Source: an uncultured delta proteobacterium (lineage in GTDB: Bacteria; Desulfobacterota; Binatia; UBA9968). From it: 64,000 bases of DNA. How positions within the stretch are numbered: position 1 is the stretch's first letter; each line of letters starts with the position of its first letter. The DNA lies in NCBI GenBank assembly GCA_963804165.1, contig CAWDPO010000019.1, positions 1 to 64,000 of the forward strand, written 5' to 3'. Below, in pieces: positions 27,608-38,108 of this stretch. The notes beneath the pieces are model-generated. The model was given only the letters and a program-made list of their open reading frames with translations. It was not told the origin of the DNA and did no database searches. The position numbers and the translations under genes are program-made.

Positions 27608-30367
27608 CTAGACGCCGCTAAGCCGGTGCGCCTCGCGCCCCGGCGGCGGCGGGTTAATCCGCCGATTCACCGAAATGCGCTCGAAAGCTTCGATGACATC
27701 GCCCTGTTTGATGTCCTGAAATCCTTCCAAGGAAAGGCCGCACTCATAGCCCGCGGCCACTTCGCGCACGTCGTCTTTAAATCGCTTGAGGCTCGCCAGC
27801 TTGCCCTCGTGAACCACGACTTGGTCGCGCAACAAACGCACGATGTTGCCGCGCGATATTTTCCCCTCGTTAACATAGCAGCCGGCGATGGTGCCGACAC
27901 CGGCGATATTAAAGATCTGGCGAATCTCGACGCGAGCTTGCGTTTGCTCGCGGTACGTCGGCTCCAGCATGCCTTCCATCGCTGCGCGAACGTCCGCGAC
28001 GGCTTCGTAAATGATTGTGTAGAGTCTTACGTCGACGCCTTCCTTTGCTGCCAGCGTCGCGCCCTTAGACTCCGGCCGGACATTGAACCCGATAACGATG
28101 GCGTTCGACGCCGCTGCTAACAAGATATCACTCTCGGTAATCCCGCCGACCGATCCGTGAATGACTCTCAGCTTCACCTCGTTCGTCGACATGCGGCTCA
28201 ATGCGTCACTGAGCGCTTCGACGGAACCCTGCACGTCCGCCTTGAGCACGACGCGAAGCTCTTTGACATCGCCGGTTTTGATCTGATCGTAGAGCTCTTC
28301 CAAAGAAACTTTGCTCGACTTCACCAATTCCGTTTCTCTTTGCTTGCTCTGACGATACTCGGCGACCTGCCGCGCCTTGGCCTCATCGGCGACGGCTACG
28401 AATGAATCGCCTGCTTGGGGCACGCCCTGGAGTCCAATAATTTCAACTGGGAATGACGGCGGCGCCGACTCCAACTTGCGGCCGTGGTCGTCGATCATGG
28501 CGCGCACCTTGCCGTAATAAACGCCGCAGACAAATGCGTCGCCGCCGTGCAGCGTACCCTCTTGGACCAAGACGGTCGCCACCGGACCTCGGCCACGATC
28601 CAACTTGGCCTCGACGATCGTCCCGCGCGCAAGTTTGTTCGGGTTTGCTTTAAGATCTAAGATATCGGCTTGAAGCAGGATCATTTCCAAAAGATGCGGG
28701 ATGCCGTCGTGGGACTTCGCCGATACGGGGGCGAATACCGCGTCGCCGCCCCAGTCCTCGGCAAGTAGACCGTGCTCGGAGAGACCTCTTTTGACTTTTT
28801 CTATGTTGGCATCGGGCCGATCCATCTTGTTTACGGCAACGATGATCGGCACCTCGGCCGCGCGGGCGTGGTTTATCGCCTCCACCGTTTGCGGCATGAC
28901 GCCGTCATCGGCGGCAACGACTAAGACGACAAGATCCGTGACCTTCGCGCCGCGTGCGCGCATGGCCGTGAAAGCTTCATGGCCCGGAGTATCCAGAAAG
29001 GTTACACTTCGGCCATCCACCTCGACATGGTAGGCGCCGATATGCTGCGTGATACCGCCATGTTCCTGCGCCGTAACATGGGTGCTGCGAATCGCATCGA
29101 GCAAAGAAGTCTTGCCGTGATCGACATGCCCCATGATCGTCACCACAGGGGAGCGTGGCACCAGCGCCGTCTCTTCCTCCTCCACTTGATGCTCGAGTTC
29201 CAAGGCGCTGTCGGCATTGAAGGCGACATTTTCCACCTGGTGATCGAACTCCGACGCGATCAACGTCGCGGTATCGGCATCGAGCACTTGATTGATGGTC
29301 GCCATCATGCCCATGCTCATCAATTTTTTTATGACCTCGCCAGCCTTAACGCCCATTTCTCTCGACAGATCTCCCACGGTCACGACTTCGGATATCTTAA
29401 TGACCCGCTTGCTCGCTTTGGGAACGGTAATCTCGGTTTTTCTGACCTCTTTGCCGGGTAGCACCCGTTTTTTCTTTGGAATTCGACCGCCGCGCAGTTC
29501 CTTTTCTCGCAACTCCAAGACATCCTGTTTTTTGACGACGCGCCGTTTGTGACGTCCTGGTTTCGGCTTGTCCGCACCCGCTGCCGTTTCACCCTCGCCG
29601 GTTGGCGGCTTCTCCACTTCCGGCACACGCGCGCCCGGCTGGACTGGAGCCGTACCCGGCGACCGGCGCAACACCGGCGTCGGCGCCGGCTCGATCCGCA
29701 TGGTTTGCTTCAAATCTATGCGTCCGAGAATACGCGCGCCGCGCTGCACCTCTTGCGGCGCCGACTCTTGGGTTTGAACTGCCGCTTCCCGCCGAGGCTC
29801 GGGCTGGGCCGGTGCCGATATTGAGGCCCGTGCTGTGGCTTCGGTCTCACTGGGTGGTGCCGGCTCGGGTTCCGCTGGCGTCTCCGCAGCTCTGGCAGAT
29901 TCGTCAAAAACTTCGACTTCAGATTCGGCTTCCGATGGGCTTGCCTCGGCCGGAGACACAGGACGGGCGGTCTCGATGACGACTGGCGGAGGCTCCGACA
30001 CCGGTGATTTTGCCGGTTCGACCGGGCCTGCCGTCGGTTCGGCTGCTGCAACCTCCGTTCGGCTGGTGCGCCTGCGAATAACATTGGCACGCACCCGACG
30101 CTCGACGATCGTTTCATGCGCTTCGGACCCGCTGTCCCCCTCGTCGTCGCTTTTGACCCATCGATCTGCAACGATTTTCTCTTCACCGACGTGAACTTGG
30201 GGTTTCTCCAGCGCAGTCAGAGCGGCGCGCACACGCGCCACCTCGTCATCTTCGAGCGCGCTCTGGGCTTTGCGCCCTCTCATTCCCAGCTTATCGAGCT
30301 GGGCAATGAGATCCTTCGTTTCAATGCCTAATTCTTTGGCTAACAGATGGACTCTCGTCTTACCCAT
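27608..30367 (-). CDS. infB: Translation initiation factor IF-2
   Basis: [18 protein letters not shown]-motifs. Confidence 0.98.
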   Translation of the reverse strand: MGKTRVHLLAKELGIETKDLIAQLDKLGMRGRKAQSALEDDEVARVRAALTALEKPQVHVGEEKIVADRWVKSDDEGDSGSEAHETIVERRVRANVIRRRTSRTEVAAAEPTAGPVEPAKSPVSEPPPVVIETARPVSPAEASPSEAESEVEVFDESARAAETPAEPEPAPPSETEATARASISAPAQPEPRREAAVQTQESAPQEVQRGARILGRIDLKQTMRIEPAPTPVLRRSPGTAPVQPGARVPEVEKPPTGEGETAAGADKPKPGRHKRRVVKKQDVLELREKELRGGRIPKKKRVLPGKEVRKTEITVPKASKRVIKISEVVTVGDLSREMGVKAGEVIKKLMSMGMMATINQVLDADTATLIASEFDHQVENVAFNADSALELEHQVEEEETALVPRSPVVTIMGHVDHGKTSLLDAIRSTHVTAQEHGGITQHIGAYHVEVDGRSVTFLDTPGHEAFTAMRARGAKVTDLVVLVVAADDGVMPQTVEAINHARAAEVPIIVAVNKMDRPDANIEKVKRGLSEHGLLAEDWGGDAVFAPVSAKSHDGIPHLLEMILLQADILDLKANPNKLARGTIVEAKLDRGRGPVATVLVQEGTLHGGDAFVCGVYYGKVRAMIDDHGRKLESAPPSFPVEIIGLQGVPQAGDSFVAVADEAKARQVAEYRQSKQRETELVKSSKVSLEELYDQIKTGDVKELRVVLKADVQGSVEALSDALSRMSTNEVKLRVIHGSVGGITESDILLAAASNAIVIGFNVRPESKGATLAAKEGVDVRLYTIIYEAVADVRAAMEGMLEPTYREQTQARVEIRQIFNIAGVGTIAGCYVNEGKISRGNIVRLLRDQVVVHEGKLASLKRFKDDVREVAAGYECGLSLEGFQDIKQGDVIEAFERISVNRRINPPPPGREAHRLSGV

Positions 30368-30373
30368 CTCCCC

Positions 30374-30643
30374 TTACTCCCGCTCTCGATCTTTAAGTGC
30401 CTCGACCAATCGTTCTTTCGCTGCCCGGTCGATCTCTACACGAAACGCGCGGTACTGGCCTTTACGCCCGAGGAACGCTCGCCAGCAGTCTTTGTTTTGG
30501 TGTAAATAGCCACCACGCCCCTGTGTTCGATCGACAATCAATTCACTCTGCTCCGTCGTCGTCAGGCGGATCAACCGATCCTGGTTGTCTCGTTTGCCGC
30601 ATCCTAAACAAGTTCGTTGCGGACAGGATCTCCTTTTTGGCAC
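30374..30643 (-). CDS. ylxR: YlxR/DUF448 RNA-binding protein
   Basis: PQRTCLGC, GRGGY. Confidence 0.88.
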   Translation of the reverse strand: MPKRRSCPQRTCLGCGKRDNQDRLIRLTTTEQSELIVDRTQGRGGYLHQNKDCWRAFLGRKGQYRAFRVEIDRAAKERLVEALKDRERE

Positions 30644-30645
30644 GA

Positions 30646-32010
30646 TTACTCTGGTTGCGACTCTTGTTCCGGCGCGGGCGCCGCAGCCGTCGCTGCTGCA
30701 GCTGCTGCCGCTGCCGCGCTTGCGGCCGCTTCGCCTGCTGCGTTTGCGGCCGCCTCGGCTTCTCGCGCGCGTTTCTCGACGACGTATTGCCGAGCCGAAC
30801 TATGCAAAGCCTCGGCTTTTTCCTTGCTGATGCCCTCGACTTCGAGAATCTCGGCCAGATCACTATCCGCGACATCTTCCGCCGACTTAAATCCCTCTTG
30901 ATAGAGCAACTCCGAAGCAAAATCACCGATGCCCGGGATCGCGCCGATCGATTGCCGCGCCCGACGCGTTTCTTCCTCGGCCTCGGCTTCGCTGCGCACG
31001 TCGATGCGCCACCCGGTCAGACGAGAAGCTAATCTCACGTTCTGTCCCTTCTTGCCGATGGCGAGCGAAAGCTGATCGTCGGGCACGATGACTTCCATCG
31101 TGTGATCCTCGTCATCAATGAGAATCTTGGAGACTTTAGCCGGCGCGAGCGCCCGACAAACAAATTCCGCCTGATCCGGAATCCAGTGCACAATGTCAAT
31201 TTTCTCACCACGCAACTCTTGAACCACCGCCTGAACCCGAGTGCCCTTCATGCCGACGCAGGCGCCGACCGGATCGACATCGGGGTCGTGGGAAACTACG
31301 GCGATCTTCGCGCGCCCACCAGGCTCTCGCGCTGCTCCTTTGACTTCGACGATGGCTTCATAAATCTCGGGAACTTCCTGGGCAAAGAGCTGAATGAGCA
31401 TGCCAGGATGCGTGCGTGACAAAACGATCTGCGGACCCCGGCTAGTAATTTCTACGCTTACGATATACGCCCGGATACGGTCGCCCTGGCGGTAGCGTTC
31501 TCGCGGCACCTGTTCTTTCTCCGGGAGAATCGCATCCGTGCGGCCGAGATTGACGATGATGTTGCGCTTTTCAAAGCGCTGGACGATACCGTTGACGAGT
31601 TGCCCCTCACGTCCTTTGAATTCATTGTAGATAATCTCACGCTCCGCATCGCGCAATCGCTGGACGATATTCTGTTTCGCCGCCTGTGCGGCAATGCGTC
31701 CGAAGAGGCTCGAATCGAGCTTGCACAGCAGCTCGTCGCCGATTTCGGCATCGGGATCGAGGTTATCCTTCGCGTCCTGCAAGGTGATCTCGGTGGCCTC
31801 GTCCTGTATGTCTTGCACCACGGTTTTCGCTTCGAACAGTTCGACTTCGCCGATCTCCGGGTTAAATTGCGCTTCGATTTTGCGCAGGTGGCCGAACTTT
31901 TTCTTCGCCGCCGAGACCATGGCGTTCTCCAAAGCGCTGATGAGAATCGTTTTGTCGATTCCCTTCTCCTTGCTGACCTGTTCGATGACTCTATTTAGAT
32001 CCTGCTGCAT
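30646..32010 (-). CDS. nusA: Transcription termination factor NusA
   Basis: FGRIAAQAAKQ, AREPGGRAK, SLAIGKKGQNVRLA. Confidence 0.98.
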   Translation of the reverse strand: MQQDLNRVIEQVSKEKGIDKTILISALENAMVSAAKKKFGHLRKIEAQFNPEIGEVELFEAKTVVQDIQDEATEITLQDAKDNLDPDAEIGDELLCKLDSSLFGRIAAQAAKQNIVQRLRDAEREIIYNEFKGREGQLVNGIVQRFEKRNIIVNLGRTDAILPEKEQVPRERYRQGDRIRAYIVSVEITSRGPQIVLSRTHPGMLIQLFAQEVPEIYEAIVEVKGAAREPGGRAKIAVVSHDPDVDPVGACVGMKGTRVQAVVQELRGEKIDIVHWIPDQAEFVCRALAPAKVSKILIDDEDHTMEVIVPDDQLSLAIGKKGQNVRLASRLTGWRIDVRSEAEAEEETRRARQSIGAIPGIGDFASELLYQEGFKSAEDVADSDLAEILEVEGISKEKAEALHSSARQYVVEKRAREAEAAANAAGEAAASAAAAAAAAATAAAPAPEQESQPE

Positions 32011-32479
32011 ATTCGGCACTCCAGTCGTGCTCGTAATTCGACTTTTCGATCAGTGTAAACGGAATTTCGCATCGCGTTCCGTCTTGATTCAAGGCAATCT
32101 TATCTGCGGAAACCTCCAACAACGGCCCCATAAACGATCTTCGCCCCTTGATCATCTCGCGGGTGCGAACGCGAACGTTCTTACCCACAAAGGGGAGGAA
32201 GTGCTCCGGCCGCTTGAGCGGACGGTTCACCCCTGGCGAGGAGACTTCCAACGTATAGGCGCCGTCCACGACTTCGTCGCCGTCTAGAAGCTCGCTCAGT
32301 TCCCGGCTCACGCGGCTCAGATCGTCCATGTTCGGACCGCCCTGCTTATCGAGATACAAGCGCAATACGCGACCGCCGCGGCTGCCCTCGTGCCTGAACT
32401 CGATGTCGATAATCTCCATTCCCTGAGTTTCCGCCAAAGGCGCCGCGAGCTGCCAAATTCGGGAAATGGTCGCATCCAT
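31991..32479 (-). CDS. rimP: Ribosome maturation factor RimP
   Basis: LRLYLDK, YTLEVSSPGVNRPL. Confidence 0.95.
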   Translation of the reverse strand: MDATISRIWQLAAPLAETQGMEIIDIEFRHEGSRGGRVLRLYLDKQGGPNMDDLSRVSRELSELLDGDEVVDGAYTLEVSSPGVNRPLKRPEHFLPFVGKNVRVRTREMIKGRRSFMGPLLEVSADKIALNQDGTRCEIPFTLIEKSNYEHDWSAEYAAGSK

Positions 32480-32496
32480 GGTTGCGGCCCAGAAAC

Positions 32497-32522
32497 AAAA
32501 AAAGCGGGCAAAGCCCACTTCA
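32497..32522 (-). promoter_or_regulatory. rimP leader hairpin / attenuator-like element
   Basis: Minus strand AAGTGGGC-ttt-GCCCGCTTTTTTT just upstream of rimP, a recurring motif in rimP leaders. Confidence 0.7.
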
Positions 32523-32653
32523 GTACTAACTCCTAAAGTGTAAGAAAATTACTACCATGTGCAACCTCGTCAATGCAAGGCCCGGGACGGTTCGCGCGAT
32601 TGCACCGCTGTCGGTATTTGCTATGATTCGGTCTTTAAATTCTCTTGCCTCCC

Positions 32654-33763
32654 ATGAACGCATTGACTTCACGTAAACGGCGCTCGCCCAGGCAGATATC
32701 GTGGGAACAAATCCTTGCAAACCTCGACGACGGTGTGATCGCACTCGACGTCGACGACAAAGTTATTTTCTTCAACGAAGCCTCGGAAGTGCTTACCGAT
32801 ATCTCATCGGGATCGGCAACGGGGCAGGCCTTGGAGCAAATTTTCAAACGCGAGCCGTGGCTGGTCGACCTCGTGAAAACAACCCATCCGCCGCGCCAAA
32901 GGCGGGCTCGCGGCGAGGGCGATTTCATCAACCGCTGGGGGCGAAAGATTCCCGTGGGCGTCACCGTTTCGTCCCTGCAAGATCGGCACGGTCATTTTGT
33001 CGGCACGATTTTGCTTTTGCGCGACATCAAACGACGCAAAGAGTTAGAAGAAGATCTCAAGCGCGCCGATCGCCTGGTCTTGATGGGCACTCTCGCCGCG
33101 GGTCTCGCCCATGAGATTCGCAATCCCCTCGGCGGCATTAAAGGCGCCGCGCAGTTGCTGCGCCGCTCCGCGGACGGTAATCCTTCGGTACGAGAGTTTA
33201 CCAGCATCATGATCCGTGAGGTGGATCGGGTCGATCAACTCATTGAACAACTGCTCGATCTGTCGCGCCCAGCGCAACTGACGCTGGGCCCTGTCAATAT
33301 TCACGAGGTATTGGAAGACGTCTTGCTGCTCGAACGCCAAACTGTCGGGGCTAAAGAGATTCATGTAAGAAAGTGGTTCGATCCGAGCCTGCCGCCGATC
33401 CGTGGCGACCGCGGCCGGCTCACGCAAGTCTTTCTCAATCTGGTGAAGAACGCCTTTCAGGCGATGGTTGGCGGCGGCGTGCTGACGGTGACAACTCGGG
33501 TGGAAACGGATTATCATATACGCGAGCATGGCACCGGGCCCAATCGCTTTATCTGGGTGGACCTCGCCGACGAAGGACGCGGCATCACCGAAGAGGATCT
33601 ACCGCATATCTTCTCGCCGTTTTTCACGACCAAAACCAACGGCACCGGACTCGGCTTGGCAACCTGCTATCGCATCATAAAGGAACACGGCGGCATGATC
33701 CGCGTTGAAAGCACCGAAGGAAAGGGAAGCATCTTTAGAGTCTCATTGGTGGTAGCCGACTAA
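32654..33763 (+). CDS. PAS-domain sensor histidine kinase (NtrB-like)
   Basis: AHEIRNPLGGIKGAAQLL H-box; NLVKNA; GTGLGL. Confidence 0.9.
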   Translation: MNALTSRKRRSPRQISWEQILANLDDGVIALDVDDKVIFFNEASEVLTDISSGSATGQALEQIFKREPWLVDLVKTTHPPRQRRARGEGDFINRWGRKIPVGVTVSSLQDRHGHFVGTILLLRDIKRRKELEEDLKRADRLVLMGTLAAGLAHEIRNPLGGIKGAAQLLRRSADGNPSVREFTSIMIREVDRVDQLIEQLLDLSRPAQLTLGPVNIHEVLEDVLLLERQTVGAKEIHVRKWFDPSLPPIRGDRGRLTQVFLNLVKNAFQAMVGGGVLTVTTRVETDYHIREHGTGPNRFIWVDLADEGRGITEEDLPHIFSPFFTTKTNGTGLGLATCYRIIKEHGGMIRVESTEGKGSIFRVSLVVAD

Positions 33764-33764
33764 A

Positions 33765-35210
33765 ATGGATCAAGGAAAAATACTCATTACAGAAGACGAA
33801 GAGTCGCTCAGATTTGTCTTACAGAAAGCTCTCGAGACCGAAGGATATTGGGTTCAGATCGCGGCCAACGGCGCGAGCGCGCGACGGCTTTTGACCGAAA
33901 GCCACTTCGACGTTTCCCTAATGGACATCAAGTTACCCGACATCGACGGCTTGGAGCTGCTCAAGGAAATCAAGGAAAATGGCATCGACACCGCGATGAT
34001 CCTGATGACCGCGCAGAATACCATGCGCAACGCCATCGGCGCCATGAAGAACGGCGCCTTCGACTACATCACGAAACCTTTCGATCTGGATGAAGTCCTG
34101 GTGTTGGTCAAGCGCGCCATGGATAGCCGCAAGCTCACGCGCGACTTTCGCGAGCTCAAAGAGGAAGTCAAAAAGCGCTTCGAGCCCGGCGTCAACATCA
34201 TCGGCACCAGTCCGAGCATGCAGGTCGTCTACAAGACGATCGGCCAAGTGGTTGACACTCAGGCGACCATTCTGATTCTTGGCGAGAGCGGCACGGGCAA
34301 GGAACTGGTGGCGAAAACCATCCATTATAACTCGCCGCGCTGGAACCAACCCTTCGTCGCGATCAATTGCGCCGCGATACCGCGCGATTTACTCGAAAGC
34401 GAGCTGTTCGGCCATGAAAAAGGTGCCTTCACCGGCGCTCTCGACCGCCGGCTTGGTAAGTTCGAGCTGGCCGACAGCGGCACGCTGTTCTTGGATGAAG
34501 TAGGCGACATTCCCTTGGATCTGCAGACCAAATTATTGCGTGTCTTGCAGGATCATGAATACAGCCGGGTCGGCGGCCGGGACGTGATGAAAGCCGACGT
34601 GCGCATATTAGCCGCCACCAATCAGGACTTGGATAAGGCCGTTAAGGAAAAACGTTTTCGTGAAGATCTTTATTTCCGGCTCAAAGTAATTCCGATCTAC
34701 CTGCCCCCATTGCGCGAGCGGCGCGGCGACATTCCGCTTTTGATCGGCTATTTCGTCGATAAGATCAACCGCGAAATGGGTATTCAAATCTCCGGAGTTT
34801 CGCCGGAGGCGCAAAAACTCTTGGAAGAGCATACCTGGCCCGGTAACGTGCGGGAACTGGAAAATACATTGATCCGCGCCGCGGTGTTGTCCTCGGGGCC
34901 GATCATGTTCCCCAAGGATTTTACGTTACAAAACAAACCGGCGACGACTACGCTGGAAGTCGACCAGCTCTCCTTGGAAGAAATCATCCGGCACAAGCTC
35001 GAGGATTATTTTCGTCGGACTGAAGGCGTCGATGTGGATAATCTCTACTCGCTCGTCATCGAGCGGGTCGAGCGCCCGCTGATCGAGCTCACGCTCAAGA
35101 AGACCAAGGGCAATCAAATCCGCGCCGCGCAGATCCTCGGGATCAACCGAAATACCCTGCGCAAAAAGATCACCGATCTGCGCATCGAGCTCAAAAAAGA
35201 ACCCTCGTAG
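33765..35210 (+). CDS. Sigma54-dependent response regulator (NtrC-like)
   Basis: Receiver domain, GESGTGKE, GAFTGA, WPGNVRELEN, Fis-type HTH. Confidence 0.93.
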   Translation: MDQGKILITEDEESLRFVLQKALETEGYWVQIAANGASARRLLTESHFDVSLMDIKLPDIDGLELLKEIKENGIDTAMILMTAQNTMRNAIGAMKNGAFDYITKPFDLDEVLVLVKRAMDSRKLTRDFRELKEEVKKRFEPGVNIIGTSPSMQVVYKTIGQVVDTQATILILGESGTGKELVAKTIHYNSPRWNQPFVAINCAAIPRDLLESELFGHEKGAFTGALDRRLGKFELADSGTLFLDEVGDIPLDLQTKLLRVLQDHEYSRVGGRDVMKADVRILAATNQDLDKAVKEKRFREDLYFRLKVIPIYLPPLRERRGDIPLLIGYFVDKINREMGIQISGVSPEAQKLLEEHTWPGNVRELENTLIRAAVLSSGPIMFPKDFTLQNKPATTTLEVDQLSLEEIIRHKLEDYFRRTEGVDVDNLYSLVIERVERPLIELTLKKTKGNQIRAAQILGINRNTLRKKITDLRIELKKEPS

Positions 35211-35216
35211 AACTTC

Positions 35217-35846
35217 ATGCCGTCGCTCGTGCTGCCGCCGCTCTACGCCATCCTCGATCCGGAACAAACCAAGGGCCGCGCTGCCGAAAAAGTGCTCCAT
35301 GATCTCCTAGAAGGCGGCGCCAAGTTCCTCCAACTGCGGGTCAAATCACTTCCAGCCAGTGATTTTTTTGAGCTGGCGCGACGCGCTCGAGCAGCGACCC
35401 GATCTCACGGATGCAAACTGATCGTCAACGATCGAGTCGACATCGCTCTAGCTTGTGACGCCGACGGTGTGCATCTAGGTCAGGACGACCTTCCTCTCGC
35501 CGTCGGCAAAAAACTCATGGGGCAAAAAATCGTCGGCATTTCGACGCATGATCTCGAGCAAGCACAGGAGGCCGAACAAAACGGCGCCGATTATATCGGC
35601 TTCGGTCCGATGTTCGGCACGACCACGAAAAATACGAGCGTCACGCCTCGCGGTGTTGCAATGCTCCGGCAAATTCGCGCTGCAGTAAGACTGCCCATCG
35701 TCGCCATCGGCGGCATCACGGAACAGAGCGCCACGCAAGTTTGGCAAGCCGGAGCCGATTCCGTGGCGATCATTAGCGACCTCGCTGGGGCGGATGACAT
35801 CGTTTCGAAAGCCCGGCGGATCATCTCAGCTCACCCCAGCGCTTGA
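35217..35846 (+). CDS. thiE: Thiamine-phosphate synthase
   Basis: QLRVK, IVNDRVD, GVHLGQDD, STH, VAIGGI. Confidence 0.93.
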   Translation: MPSLVLPPLYAILDPEQTKGRAAEKVLHDLLEGGAKFLQLRVKSLPASDFFELARRARAATRSHGCKLIVNDRVDIALACDADGVHLGQDDLPLAVGKKLMGQKIVGISTHDLEQAQEAEQNGADYIGFGPMFGTTTKNTSVTPRGVAMLRQIRAAVRLPIVAIGGITEQSATQVWQAGADSVAIISDLAGADDIVSKARRIISAHPSA

Positions 35847-35872
35847 CGCTTTAAAACAACGGAAATCACCGT

Positions 35873-36352
35873 ATGACAAGCAACTTCAAAACAGCGCCCG
35901 ATAACCGCTATTTTGAAGACTACATCCCCGGGGCCGTGCATGAATTCGGCTCTATCAGCGTCGACGAGCAAGAAGTTCTCGAATTCGGCAAGCGTTTCGT
36001 GCCGCTCTCCTACCACATCGACAAAGAAGCCGCGAAGAACAGCATCTACGGCGGCGTGATCGCCAGCGGCTGGCACACCGCGGCACTCATGATGCGGGTC
36101 TATACGGAAAACTATCTTTCCAAAGTAGCCAATCTCGGCTCGCCGGGCGGTGACGAGCTGCGTTGGGACAAGCCCGTCTTTCCCGGCGACGTCTTGTCTG
36201 TGCGCGCAACAGTTCTCGAGGCGCGGCGTTCCGAATCCCGGCCCGATCGCGGCATTGTCCGCACATTTATCGAAGTGCTAAATCAGCAGCGCGACGTGGT
36301 GATGAGCATGAAGATGGTGAACTTTGTACGTTTCCGCGAAAATTCTCGCTAA
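35873..36352 (+). CDS. MaoC-family dehydratase
   Basis: YFED, HIDKEAA, IASGWHT, PVFPGD. Confidence 0.9.
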   Translation: MTSNFKTAPDNRYFEDYIPGAVHEFGSISVDEQEVLEFGKRFVPLSYHIDKEAAKNSIYGGVIASGWHTAALMMRVYTENYLSKVANLGSPGGDELRWDKPVFPGDVLSVRATVLEARRSESRPDRGIVRTFIEVLNQQRDVVMSMKMVNFVRFRENSR

Positions 36353-36506
36353 CCCCCTGCCGCCCACGTCAACGGGAAGATACTTTGGAGCGTTCACGGG
36401 CCAGAAACGTCCCAAACGGACGTTACCCATCCCGGCCCATGATTCACGTCGAGCCGATGGCAAGACAAATGGGAAGCCACTTGAAAGTTTCTTCGGAGAT
36501 TCGTGA

Positions 36507-38108
36507 ATGGCAGAATCACTTGTTGCGTATCGACCACTGCGCCAGATCGCGTGCCGCGCAACTGATTTCTTTCATGCCAAGGCGCCGCCGCTGAACCTGG
36601 CAGTCTTTCGCATTTTCGTCTGCGCCGCCCTGCTTTTTCACACGCCGCGCTCCTCTGACTTCCTGACGCTCCCGGAGACTTTGCTGCAAGTGCCCTTTGG
36701 CAGCAAAATCTTTTATATACTGACCCCGAAGACCCAATTGTGGAGCGATGTCCTCTCAAGTGTTTTCGCTCTCTCATGCCTTTGCGGAATCGTCGGCCTG
36801 TATACGCGCTTTGCCGTGGCAATCGCTGGTGCGACAGGCCTATTCGTCTATGGGCTGCCGCAGTTTTTCGGCAAGGTAGATCACAGCCATCATCTCGTTT
36901 GGTTCGCTGTCCTCCTCGCGTGCAGTCCCTGCGGTGACGCCGTTTCGGTGGACGGGTGGCGGGCCAAGCTCTCGGGCCGCGCCAAGTATATGGAACTGAT
37001 GCCGGCACGGAAGTACGCGTTACCGCTGCGCCTTGCGTGGGTGATCATGGGGCTGATCTATTTTTTTCCAGGAGTATGGAAACTGCTTGCCGTTGGTTGG
37101 GACTGGGCGCTCAGCGACAACATCAAGTACACCATATATCACAAGTGGTTCGATCTCGGTGTGTATCGGCCGCCTTTTTCGGTCGATGCTTACCCGCTCG
37201 TCTACCGAAGCCTTGGACTTGCCGCGTTACTGTTCGAGCTTGGCTTCATCGTCGCCATCTTCCTGGTGCCCCTGCGCCGGCTGTGCGTGGTCGCCGGCCT
37301 TGCCTTCCACACCTGGATCTATTTTTTCCTCGACATAAAGCTTTACGGACTGCCCTGGTGCTACGTCGCGCTCATCGACTGGGCCGCGCTACGGCATCGC
37401 CTGAGCGGTTCGAACGAGTCTCCTCGTTTTGCCCGCAATCCCGGCCCCGAAAGTGGGCAGGATACCGGCGATACGCTGCCAATCCGCGTCGCCGGAGCCA
37501 CGCTGATAGCCGGAGTGATCCTGTCCGGAGCGACGCACCTCAACTCCTGGCCATTCGCCGTGTATCCAACTTTCGCGGCCCACTATGGCCCGACCATCGC
37601 AACCCTCCGCGTCGATGCGATCTCACCGGGCGGGCGGGCGACGATCGACACCACGACCCTTTACTCGCTCTTCGTCACCCCGATGCGCTGGCGCGTCGTG
37701 CAATATCGAGCGCTCCTCGCCGAAGATCACGAGACGCGGCGGCGCTACTGCGAAGCGCTGCGAGCGCTGTTCACAACTCGGCTAAACGAGCTACAGGCTG
37801 CCGATCGGGTGGAGCTCCGACAAGTTGTTCAGTGGGTCGATCCAGCGCGCCGCCATGACCCGCCGCTCGCGGACGAGCTCTACTGCTCCTGGCAAACGGC
37901 CGCTAGCAAAGAGCCTCTGGCGCAGATCTCCGACAAAACTGTAGATGTGAGGGATGCGATCCCTGTTCTGCATCGCATTTATATGCGCGATGCTCCCCTC
38001 GCCGAACGCATGGGTGCCGCCCTGAGAATAATTCTCGGCATCGACGATTCGACTTCATCGCGGAACGACTCACCACGACATCTTCCGGCGCGTACGAAAG
38101 TGGAATGA
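36507..38108 (+). CDS. HTTM-like membrane protein
   Basis: LAVFRI, GLYTR, GDAVSVD, YFFPGVWKL, FH, WPFAVYPTF pattern. Confidence 0.7.
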   Translation: MAESLVAYRPLRQIACRATDFFHAKAPPLNLAVFRIFVCAALLFHTPRSSDFLTLPETLLQVPFGSKIFYILTPKTQLWSDVLSSVFALSCLCGIVGLYTRFAVAIAGATGLFVYGLPQFFGKVDHSHHLVWFAVLLACSPCGDAVSVDGWRAKLSGRAKYMELMPARKYALPLRLAWVIMGLIYFFPGVWKLLAVGWDWALSDNIKYTIYHKWFDLGVYRPPFSVDAYPLVYRSLGLAALLFELGFIVAIFLVPLRRLCVVAGLAFHTWIYFFLDIKLYGLPWCYVALIDWAALRHRLSGSNESPRFARNPGPESGQDTGDTLPIRVAGATLIAGVILSGATHLNSWPFAVYPTFAAHYGPTIATLRVDAISPGGRATIDTTTLYSLFVTPMRWRVVQYRALLAEDHETRRRYCEALRALFTTRLNELQAADRVELRQVVQWVDPARRHDPPLADELYCSWQTAASKEPLAQISDKTVDVRDAIPVLHRIYMRDAPLAERMGAALRIILGIDDSTSSRNDSPRHLPARTKVE